NCBI GenBank assembly: GCA_037969075.1
Contig: JBBKWS010000051.1
Location: forward strand, 1 to 14,774
DNA length: 14,774 nucleotides
Reading direction: 5' to 3'
DNA from: Bdellovibrionales bacterium
GTDB lineage: Bacteria; Bdellovibrionota; Bdellovibrionia; Bdellovibrionales; UBA840
Part shown: one piece after another, positions 1 to 7,482 of the stretch
Position numbering within the stretch: the first letter of the stretch is position 1
Layout of the letters: every line of letters starts with the position of its first letter
Notes under the pieces: model-generated
Databases searched by the model: none
Told to the model about the DNA's origin: nothing
The model's input: the letters and a program-made list of their open reading frames with translations, nothing else
Position numbers and translations under genes: made by a program

Positions 1-1769
1 AATGCTAACCTAGCACAATCAGACGCTTTATAACACTTGTGCTTAAGGGTAGATGGAAGCAAGTCAAAACCACTTTGATCTACCAATGATTCAGTTTGCC
101 CGTCATATAAATTAATTGGGGTAACATTATAAAACTGCATGTAATCTAAGAACCAAGGTCTAAAGTAGGCGTGATTAGAGTTAAATTTTTGACTTACAAA
201 AACGTCTTTCCTTGCCAGATAATTACAAACTGACGCAATCTTATTACTCACTTCTGTATAGTAAGAACCAATTTCTCCCAGCTTATTCTCTGTCAATAGA
301 GGATGGATCTTTTGCAATGTAGTTAACTTTTTAAGATCAGCCTGTGTACCATCAATATTACTAAGGTAATCTGTGTTCGCTACAGCGAACTCTGTACACA
401 TATAATAAAACGCCGTAAAATTTTTGGTTTTCTTAGCTTCATTAAATTCTTTTTCAAGCTCTTCACTAAACCTAGTAGTCGATAGCTGTGATAAAAATAA
501 ATTGTAAATACTTACAGCTTCCCAAAGTCTTCCATTATAGATAGCTTTTCTTTTAGAAATATTCGCATTAAAGTTTTTAAGCCATTCTTTAGTGTCATCA
601 TAGTTTCTGATAGTAGCAATATCAGTGTTCACTTCTGGCTTTTTATCTTTTACAAGTTCGTATTGAGGACCATTTGGAAGCGCCTCCGAGTGGTCTGATT
701 GATGTCTAGTCTCACTCTCTTGCGGAGTGCGATAAAAGAAGTCTTTATTAAATGAACTTAATTTACGAAGGCTGTTTATTGCTAAAAATGAATTGTCACA
801 TTCTGGCTTCTCAACACTTTTGCAGCCATTAGGAATGATCATCATTATTGATGTGAGATCAAGCTCCCTGAACCAGTCAAGTTTTGCCGTGCTCTGACCT
901 TCAGTAACAATCGGTATTAAAAAATCGGCTCTCCACCACGCTTGCAAATAGATTTTAAATGAGTGCCAATAATCAAAACCAAGCTTATCAAACAATTCCT
1001 TATTGGTTACTTTAAACTCGGATTGCATGGCGTAATAAGCATTCGAAAGGCTTGGTGATGGATCTATGCACTCAGTGACAAGGGACTGCTGCTTATCATA
1101 GGCACTAGCCATTGCATTTAAAATGTCAGTTCCTGGTGCATCAGCAAATAAGTTAGCCTGGATAGGCGAGTATTTTTTTAAGTAATAGCAATGGTTTGTA
1201 TCTGGTAAATCGGTAAAACTAAACCGAGAGTCTTTAAGGTTAGCATCAATACTGAGCGCAGAATCAGCGACTTGATTTACAAAATAGCTCCCAATATGAG
1301 CGATATAATTATCTAGATCCCGACAATTCCAATCTGGACATTTTAATATAAGCTCGTTTAATTTTGGATACGCAGTTAATCTACCTTGATCATCGGGTAA
1401 TATTGGAAGCTTGCCTGACAAAAGTAAATCATGAATTTGCTGACTTAGACGTGTTAATCGCAACCTAAATTCTTTAAGTGAATAGGTTTTGTAATAGTCC
1501 TCACTTATTTTCTTATCTGTATTTTCATATATTCTATATGCCGTTTGCCCAACAAGTTCAGCATTCACTATTGTAAATGCCGAGTCAGCTGGTTTTTCAG
1601 AAGAGGCTGCACACGCAGCTCTATTTTTAATAACAATAGGATTTAATTCAAGATTACCCACATAATCGCCGCCGTCAGCATCTAATATGTGATCATAATA
1701 TAGAGACTCACTAGCCATAGCTAAATTACTTGAGATCAGCAATAAGTAAGTGAGCGCTCTAATTAACAT
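1..1769 (-). CDS. Large secreted cysteine-containing hypothetical protein, 3'-truncated by the window edge (>589 aa); absent from the supplied ORF track
   Basis: Translated by hand: ATG at 1769 directly follows the TAG of the upstream gene (TAGATG), and there is no stop down to position 3. N-terminus MLIRALTYLLLISSNLAMA|SES looks like a Sec signal peptide. 11 Cys in the visible part, with motifs CYYLKKYSPIQ, GFDYWHSFKIYLQAWWR and PNGCKSVEKPECD. Confidence 0.9.
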   Translation of the reverse strand, partial: MLIRALTYLLLISSNLAMASESLYYDHILDADGGDYVGNLELNPIVIKNRAACAASSEKPADSAFTIVNAELVGQTAYRIYENTDKKISEDYYKTYSLKEFRLRLTRLSQQIHDLLLSGKLPILPDDQGRLTAYPKLNELILKCPDWNCRDLDNYIAHIGSYFVNQVADSALSIDANLKDSRFSFTDLPDTNHCYYLKKYSPIQANLFADAPGTDILNAMASAYDKQQSLVTECIDPSPSLSNAYYAMQSEFKVTNKELFDKLGFDYWHSFKIYLQAWWRADFLIPIVTEGQSTAKLDWFRELDLTSIMMIIPNGCKSVEKPECDNSFLAINSLRKLSSFNKDFFYRTPQESETRHQSDHSEALPNGPQYELVKDKKPEVNTDIATIRNYDDTKEWLKNFNANISKRKAIYNGRLWEAVSIYNLFLSQLSTTRFSEELEKEFNEAKKTKNFTAFYYMCTEFAVANTDYLSNIDGTQADLKKLTTLQKIHPLLTENKLGEIGSYYTEVSNKIASVCNYLARKDVFVSQKFNSNHAYFRPWFLDYMQFYNVTPINLYDGQTESLVDQSGFDLLPSTLKHKCYKASDCARLA

Positions 1770-2345
1770 CTAGTAGCGACCGTTGCTTGTATTACAACCA
1801 CCAGATTGACCGGCAGCCTTAACAATTGTTGCAAATACTTTTAGTAAAACAACTTCCGCAGGAGACAACTCTTCTTTAATTTTGCTCTCTTCAGTAATTA
1901 GATCGCTCATAAGAGTAACATGTGCTCGCAAGTGTGATTCACCAACCAAAGGTGTGCGATCACAAGTTAAGTTACGGTACGCAATACCAATATTGGCAAC
2001 AACTTGGTCACTTTGTTCTTGACCATTATAAATATTAATTGCACCACCAGAACCTTGTCCATAAGCATAACCACTACCACTGCCATTACCCACGGTAAGA
2101 TTAGCAGTCCAACCTTTAACATGTTCTCTGAAAGTAATCAGTTCACATTCTTGATCTGCGTTACATTTAGCTTTGATCTCTTTTTCAACTTGTTGCATTC
2201 TCCAATTAAGAGTCCCTACAACAGCCATATAATCTGCATGCTCAGGATTTTCTTGCAAAGCAGAGCCGTAAGAAAAATCTTCATCTGAATTAGAGGCAAA
2301 AAGTGCCGCTGGGATCACTAATAAAACTAATAATAATTTCTTCAT
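1770..2345 (-). CDS. Secreted hypothetical protein (191 aa) with a Gly/Ser-rich beta-hairpin segment
   Basis: The ORF track starts at 2381, but ATG at 2345 is preceded by SD-like GAAAGGGT, gives a clean signal peptide MKKLLLVLLVIPAALFA|S and removes the overlap with the upstream gene. 4 Cys. Confidence 0.85.
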   Translation of the reverse strand: MKKLLLVLLVIPAALFASNSDEDFSYGSALQENPEHADYMAVVGTLNWRMQQVEKEIKAKCNADQECELITFREHVKGWTANLTVGNGSGSGYAYGQGSGGAINIYNGQEQSDQVVANIGIAYRNLTCDRTPLVGESHLRAHVTLMSDLITEESKIKEELSPAEVVLLKVFATIVKAAGQSGGCNTSNGRY

Positions 2346-2368
2346 AAAAACCCTTTCGTTAATATGTG

Positions 2369-4078
2369 TTAGTATTTGCAACTTATATTTGTTTCTAAAA
2401 ACTTAGCTTCGCATGTGTAAATCGGTTTTCCACTAGTCCTAGAGTCAACTGATAGACTCCCTTGTAATTTTGTACAGGTATCTTCAAGAGAAACTGTAGA
2501 AGATAGTGACTGGCTTACATTCTCTAACTGATATTGATTTTGGATTACTGCTTTAACTTTAAATTTCATTACAATAGAAATATTTGATCGATCTTTACCT
2601 GAATTGATATTCGCAGGTTTAGAACCTCTGTCCCCTAACCATCTTTCTTTATATACTGGTGGCCAAAACCGTTTCTCGCTTGCAGATAAGCTTCCGTCTA
2701 ACTGCGAGTCTAATTCATCATCAAGATCAGCCAGGCTTTCCATTTCAGAAACACCTTCAAACTCAGCTAGTTCAGCAAGATCTGATAAATCCCCATTAAA
2801 ACTAAACACAGATGCATCAACTAAGTAATCACCAAATGACTTTAAAAATTCTAAGTATCTAAATGCAGAGCGCTTGGGGTCTTTAAATTGATAGATTATT
2901 TCATAAGTCTTTCCGACCTCAAGTGATCTGTTTAAACGGTAATAGCTACCCGCGATTGTACCAACCCACTGGGCTGAGGCAGATCCGCCTGTATACCAAT
3001 TTCTTGCCACCTTGGTCTTTGATCCACTATCGTTGATTCTATTAATTGTTGCTACTGCATAAGCTGGTTGTGAGTAATTGCACGGGGATGTGCATAATCC
3101 AGACTTACAGTATGACTCACATCTGTTATCGACTAAAAAACTAGATTGAATCATAGCTTCTTTTTTCATTTTACCTTGATACTCATACTCAACTTCTTGA
3201 ATAGTAAGCTTAGCCATTGAGATCTCTAAAGGCCATACAGCAAGATACCTTGGTTCTAGTTGCTTTCTATAACTAACGTTAGTTAAAGGTATATTTGCTA
3301 TAGACACATTGTCTTTCAAATTTGGATTAAAATGCAAAATACCCTGTAAATTACCGAAACTTTCTTTTGAAGCGTTACCGTCCATAACCTCTTGCTTATC
3401 AAAACGGATTCCGGCGCGCACTTCTTGCAATTCGGTTTTAGTATTTGCGAAATATTCTAGTTTATTACAAGCTGGGTCTACTTCAAATTCTACCTTAAGA
3501 CTATACGTTGACATCATAGGTAGCAAACAAGACCCTATGTTTTTTGGTGTAACTTGAATCGTCTCTTTATCAATCTGAATAAACTCGCAGCTAAGCTTAT
3601 TTTCTCTGTCATACTGTGTGCTTAATTGGCCAGCCAGTAGGGCTATGACGTCTTCGTCACTTGATATTTTATACCGAAGACATTTACTTACTAAATCAAA
3701 TTTCTTATCTAGTTGTATAGTACGATCAATATCTGCACTTCCAGAAAGTGGATAGTCTGCAATCTTGCAAGACTCTGGGTGATAAAATGAATTCTGATAA
3801 AGTACATCTTTTACCGGAAATTCATACTTAGCTACCTCAAGTCCTCTGCTAATTGAAACCACACTGCCATTTGTACAGCCATTGATAGTAACATACTGAT
3901 TATTAATATTTCGACCATCACCCTCAGTGTACGATCTCTCGCTCTCTTCAGCAGGAGAACTTAAAAGTGTAAACTGTGTGATTTTTTTATTCTCTTGATA
4001 AGATAGACGACAGGCATAAGCAGACTCACTGATTATGCAAAATGCTAGTAGTATATATATAATAAGTTGTATACGCAC
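2369..4078 (-). CDS. Secreted cysteine-rich hypothetical protein (569 aa), probably beta-rich and multidomain
   Basis: GTG start with SD AAGGAG 6 nt upstream. Signal peptide ends AYA|C. 14 Cys in the mature part, including CESYCKSGLCTSPC, plus an acidic low-complexity segment. Confidence 0.88.
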   Translation of the reverse strand: MRIQLIIYILLAFCIISESAYACRLSYQENKKITQFTLLSSPAEESERSYTEGDGRNINNQYVTINGCTNGSVVSISRGLEVAKYEFPVKDVLYQNSFYHPESCKIADYPLSGSADIDRTIQLDKKFDLVSKCLRYKISSDEDVIALLAGQLSTQYDRENKLSCEFIQIDKETIQVTPKNIGSCLLPMMSTYSLKVEFEVDPACNKLEYFANTKTELQEVRAGIRFDKQEVMDGNASKESFGNLQGILHFNPNLKDNVSIANIPLTNVSYRKQLEPRYLAVWPLEISMAKLTIQEVEYEYQGKMKKEAMIQSSFLVDNRCESYCKSGLCTSPCNYSQPAYAVATINRINDSGSKTKVARNWYTGGSASAQWVGTIAGSYYRLNRSLEVGKTYEIIYQFKDPKRSAFRYLEFLKSFGDYLVDASVFSFNGDLSDLAELAEFEGVSEMESLADLDDELDSQLDGSLSASEKRFWPPVYKERWLGDRGSKPANINSGKDRSNISIVMKFKVKAVIQNQYQLENVSQSLSSTVSLEDTCTKLQGSLSVDSRTSGKPIYTCEAKFLETNISCKY

Positions 4079-4084
4079 CGTCGT

Positions 4085-4090
4085 CTCCTT
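4085..4090 (-). promoter_or_regulatory. Shine-Dalgarno (AAGGAG) for the 569-aa gene
   Basis: Minus strand reads TAAGGAGACGACG-GTG. Confidence 0.75.
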
Positions 4091-4099
4091 AAAAATTAA

Positions 4100-5011
4100 T
4101 TACTGTACTATGTTTACTGGTACTGTTCCTGGCTCATCAATAGAAGTGTAAGTACACATTCTAGCTTTTTGAGTTGTGTTCGCTCTAAAAGCAGATGCAG
4201 TTTCAGTGTAGTAGTAACGAACTTTACAAAACTTCGGAATATTTGGAAGTGACGCTAAAGTATAATTATTTACAAAGTTAACTGTTTGACCACTCATCAA
4301 TTGAGGACCCCATGTACCAATTGGCGTAGTAAAATTACCTGGCTGAGAATAACACTGAACTTGCACTTTAGTGCTAAGTTTTGCTAGCTCAAGGTATCTC
4401 GCAAGAACTCCATCTGGAAATTGTTCACCAAATGAATCATCTCCGTAAGTAGATGCACCAAAAGCAAATACGCCGCCTGTGCTTCCTGGAAGATCAATTC
4501 GAGGACCACGGTAACAAATATCAACGAAATACTCTGTACCGTAAGCAGCAGAAGTTAAGTTAAATACCAAGTTACGGCCGCTAGTATTAGCGATGTCATC
4601 AGAAGTTAATTCCCAGTTCCATGCATCAGTATCTGTAAACAATTGTTGCCAGTTACCGTTTGCAATCAAAGACTTACTTTGTAGTGGGCCTGCCGCTGAA
4701 TAATCATGATCAGTCCACTTAGTGTACTTAGCTAAAACTTGATCCGCTCTGTTAGAGTCTTGACCTTGTGTACAGATACAGTTTGAAATATTACAGTTTT
4801 GACCTGGACCACAAGACAAAGTTGGGTCACAAGTTACATTTGGATTGCCACGAATATGACAAACTGTACTTTCAACGTGTCTGATACCCGCATTACACGC
4901 GTACATATCTGGACCACTTGAGTTTACGTTAAACTTGTAAACTAAACTTACTGCAAAGGCACTTTGATAAGCCATCAATATAACAGCTGCTACCATTAAT
5001 TTTTTCACCAT
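4100..5011 (-). CDS. Secreted cysteine-rich beta-rich hypothetical protein (303 aa), candidate abundant structural subunit
   Basis: Signal peptide MVKKLMVAAVILMAYQSAFA|V. 11 Cys, six of them in residues 51-80. Rich in Thr/Asn/Gly/Ser, strong SD. Motifs CNAGI, FNLTSAAYGTEYFVDICYRG and PKFCKVRYYYTE resemble uncharacterised Bdellovibrionota secreted proteins (recollection, unverified). Confidence 0.9.
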   Translation of the reverse strand: MVKKLMVAAVILMAYQSAFAVSLVYKFNVNSSGPDMYACNAGIRHVESTVCHIRGNPNVTCDPTLSCGPGQNCNISNCICTQGQDSNRADQVLAKYTKWTDHDYSAAGPLQSKSLIANGNWQQLFTDTDAWNWELTSDDIANTSGRNLVFNLTSAAYGTEYFVDICYRGPRIDLPGSTGGVFAFGASTYGDDSFGEQFPDGVLARYLELAKLSTKVQVQCYSQPGNFTTPIGTWGPQLMSGQTVNFVNNYTLASLPNIPKFCKVRYYYTETASAFRANTTQKARMCTYTSIDEPGTVPVNIVQ

Positions 5012-5018
5012 ATGATTT

Positions 5019-5024
5019 CTCCTT
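5019..5024 (-). promoter_or_regulatory. Shine-Dalgarno (AAGGAG) for the 303-aa gene, overlapping the upstream stop codon
   Basis: Minus strand reads TAAAGGAGAAATCAT-ATG; the TAA is the stop of the Sel1 gene. Confidence 0.8.
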
Positions 5025-5956
5025 TATAAGGTGTTTGTTGTTTCTAAAAAACTGGTTACGTCTTCTTTTTTCCAATTCTCTAAACTGTTTAAAAACTTAT
5101 TATATTCTTGTTTGTCTTTTACACTACGCTTGAGTTTTTTTAACTCAACTATACTCTTCTCAACAATCTCATCTATTACAGCCTTGCTAGAAATCATGTA
5201 ATCTGCTTTATTTAACTTAATAAAATGCATTGCTGTTTTAAGGAGGCAATCTAAGGTGTTAAGATGACCTATCAAGTTAGTGGCTTTTACTTTTTTAATA
5301 AAAATGGAATCAAATTGTGATTTAAATAGTAACGTTGCTTGGGATAATTGATAAACAGGGTTCTTGTTATCTAGGTTGTAGTTTGGATATGAGTTAGCAA
5401 ACTCTGCTTGGTACTCTTCATCAATAAGCCTGGTATTTAATATTTTCTCTAAACCCGCTTTTACACTTTTATCTTTAACTACAGAAATCGCCACCAACAA
5501 CCAGTACAAACTATAAGCTTTGTTAGCAGGAATGTATAACGTCTGCGGTAAATCGACCTTATTTTGTATTGCCTCATCTAATAATATAGACAGGTTAATC
5601 ATAGCCTTGTCTGAACCTCTGAGAGCCGCATCAAAATAATTTTCTATGGCAAAACCTACATCAATCTCTGTACCAATACCCAAACGGTAAAACTGTCCAA
5701 GATTATAAAATGCAGAGGCATGACTTTCTCTTTTTACAAGAGCTTGCATATCCAAAAACATTTGTTGGTAATGCCCACCTTGCTTTTGCGAAAGAATCTC
5801 GGCTATTTCTGTTAAGTTTTCTTCAGAAGAAAAAATATATTCTGAGCTGATTTGATAGGTAGGAGTATAAGACTCTAAAGGAAATAATTGGCAGCTTTCA
5901 CTTGCGCTAAAAGCACTTTTTAATGTTATTAATGTGTACACGATTGCGTAAAACAT
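5024..5956 (-). CDS. Sel1-like repeat protein, probably exported (310 aa)
   Basis: ASAFYNLGQFYRLGIGTEIDVGFAIENYFDAALRGSDKAMINLSILL fits one full Sel1 repeat plus the start of a second. N-terminus is hydrophobic and ends AFSA|S; C-terminal half looks helical. Confidence 0.8.
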   Translation of the reverse strand: MFYAIVYTLITLKSAFSASESCQLFPLESYTPTYQISSEYIFSSEENLTEIAEILSQKQGGHYQQMFLDMQALVKRESHASAFYNLGQFYRLGIGTEIDVGFAIENYFDAALRGSDKAMINLSILLDEAIQNKVDLPQTLYIPANKAYSLYWLLVAISVVKDKSVKAGLEKILNTRLIDEEYQAEFANSYPNYNLDNKNPVYQLSQATLLFKSQFDSIFIKKVKATNLIGHLNTLDCLLKTAMHFIKLNKADYMISSKAVIDEIVEKSIVELKKLKRSVKDKQEYNKFLNSLENWKKEDVTSFLETTNTL

Positions 5957-6047
5957 TCAACCCCATTCCCTAATTGAACCTACGTACAGAAACTAGGTAG
6001 TAGCAGCATTGCGATCTAAAACAACAGAATATTTTACAGTCTTTATT

Positions 6048-6938
6048 TTAATGAGAAATTGTGAGGTTTCTGCCGATCAACAGAAAAAATCCTACAATAA
6101 ATAGTAAAAATGCCATGATTAAAAATACAGATGGTGCCTTTTTTTGTATCAAACACTCTAGGCTTGATGCGATAAATGGACCGGTAACTGCAATCGCAGA
6201 AATGGATGCAAGATGACCAATCTTAATGGCTGCCATATAAATTGAAAGACTTAAAAAGGTTCCGCATACGCTAGCAAAAATTACTAATTTTTTATCTTTA
6301 TTAGTAAGCCCATCAAAAGTAGATAAAAAATTAATCTTTATAAATCTACCTAAAAGCATAAAACCAACAAAGGCGCCAAGTGATCTAACAAAGTTAGCTT
6401 CAAAAAAGTGAGCATTACTAGCTTCAAACCCATATTTAGTTAAAACAATCCCTACTGTATCCAGCGACACACCAAGTAGGGCAAACATAAGTCCTTTAAG
6501 ACCCCATGTTTTTGTTATTCTTTTGTTTTCTAAACTAAATACGATTAAGCAACCAATCAAAAATATAATAGCAAAAAACTGCTCTTTATATATTTCTTGA
6601 GAAAATAAATAATAGCCTGCGATCGCTAAAAACAATGGCTGAAAACCATACAACATTAAGCTTCTGCCAGGCCCTAAACTAGTGAATGCCTTTAGTAAAA
6701 AAATATCGCCAATCATCAACCCTAAAACGCCACTTAAAAAGAAGTAAAGACTTCCACTCCCCCAGATTATTTTTGGAATAAAAAACAAAGCTATTCCACA
6801 GCCAAGCGTCGATACCCCTGCTTTAAACATATTCATCCAATAAACAGATGTTTTTTGCGAATAATGAGCGAATAAAAGTGATGCCGAGGCAAAACATAGG
6901 TTCGATATGAGGGCTAATACAATACTAAGACTGTGCAT
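6048..6938 (-). CDS. EamA/DMT (drug/metabolite transporter) family permease
   Basis: 296 aa, about 10 hydrophobic segments in two internal repeats, with DMT-type motifs SGVLGLMIGDIFLLKAFTSLGP and SIYMAAIKIGHLASISAI. Confidence 0.88.
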   Translation of the reverse strand: MHSLSIVLALISNLCFASASLLFAHYSQKTSVYWMNMFKAGVSTLGCGIALFFIPKIIWGSGSLYFFLSGVLGLMIGDIFLLKAFTSLGPGRSLMLYGFQPLFLAIAGYYLFSQEIYKEQFFAIIFLIGCLIVFSLENKRITKTWGLKGLMFALLGVSLDTVGIVLTKYGFEASNAHFFEANFVRSLGAFVGFMLLGRFIKINFLSTFDGLTNKDKKLVIFASVCGTFLSLSIYMAAIKIGHLASISAIAVTGPFIASSLECLIQKKAPSVFLIMAFLLFIVGFFLLIGRNLTISH

Positions 6939-7039
6939 AAGAGTCAGAGGTATAAATTAAATTTATAACTATACAAAGGATAGTTACTTAACTGAAAAGA
7001 TTTCCACTAAAACGTATCAGTTTGAAACAATCAAACTTA

Positions 7040-7064
7040 TCAAAGACTAGATTCCTTCCGATAA
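7040..7064 (+). promoter_or_regulatory. Possible sigma-28 (FliA)-type promoter for the HPF-like gene
   Basis: TCCGATAA at 7057-7064 is a 7/8 match to the GCCGATAA -10 consensus. TCAAAG at 7040-7045 is -35-like, but the spacing is 2-3 nt shorter than canonical. Confidence 0.4.
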
Positions 7065-7118
7065 TAGATATGTAAGTTTAACCATGATATATTAGAGATA
7101 AGATGATTTTAATTATAG

Positions 7119-7124
7119 GGAGGT
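7119..7124 (+). promoter_or_regulatory. Shine-Dalgarno (GGAGGT) for the 117-aa gene
   Basis: AGGGAGGTCTTT-ATG. Confidence 0.75.
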
Positions 7125-7128
7125 CTTT

Positions 7129-7482
7129 ATGTGGTCTGTAGATTCGATACAAATCGTAAATTTTAAAGCTCAACCTAGCTTAAGCGCTTCATTAAAAGAA
7201 TTTATATCTGATTTGCAAAGGGCAAGCCCCCACCATTCAGGCTTTAATGGAAAGATCACTAAAGTGAGTGACCGCTACAAAGTAGAAATCACTGTTGAAT
7301 GCGGCACCTATATTATTGAGCAAAGTGCTGAATCTACCAATGTTTATGAATCAATATATTTTGTGTTTCAAGCTGCATTTGCTAAGCTAATTGAACAGGA
7401 GCGATCAAAAATCCAAGCGCTTCCTACAAAAAAGCTAAAAATTCCGACAAGTAATCCACAACATAAAAAATACGTTAGCTAG
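7129..7482 (+). CDS. Small protein, probable divergent HPF/RaiA (ribosomal subunit interface protein)-like fold
   Basis: Strong SD. The apparent beta-alpha-beta-beta-beta-alpha pattern (IQIVNF / SLSASLKEFISDL / YKVEITVEC / IIEQSAESTNVYESI...FAKL) parallels the HPF 'a.a.s.d.y.aid...kl' segment. Confidence 0.65.
   Translation: MWSVDSIQIVNFKAQPSLSASLKEFISDLQRASPHHSGFNGKITKVSDRYKVEITVECGTYIIEQSAESTNVYESIYFVFQAAFAKLIEQERSKIQALPTKKLKIPTSNPQHKKYVS

Noticed and set aside
2346..2381. 12-aa N-terminal extension (MQILTHINERVF) in the ORF track's 203-aa call
   Set aside because: It overlaps the upstream gene; ATG at 2345 has an SD-like sequence and gives a canonical signal peptide.
2004..3557. Short + strand ORFs 2004-2288, 2604-2828 and 3309-3557
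   Set aside because: Antisense shadows lying fully within longer minus-strand genes, with no protein-like features.
4037..4078. Lipoprotein signal in the 569-aa protein (LLAFC)
   Set aside because: Phe at -1 violates the lipobox; cleavage after AYA by signal peptidase I fits better.
1..5956. The operon as a prophage, mobile island or anti-phage defence system
   Set aside because: No integrase, transposase, att repeats, phage structural genes, or nuclease/ATPase motifs. All products look exported, and base composition looks similar to the housekeeping genes by eye.
5957..6047. Intrinsic terminator or clear promoter between the EamA gene and the secreted-protein operon
   Set aside because: Only 5-bp inverted repeats with long loops, no GC-rich stem with a U-tract, and poor promoter matches. 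Read-through from EamA cannot be excluded.
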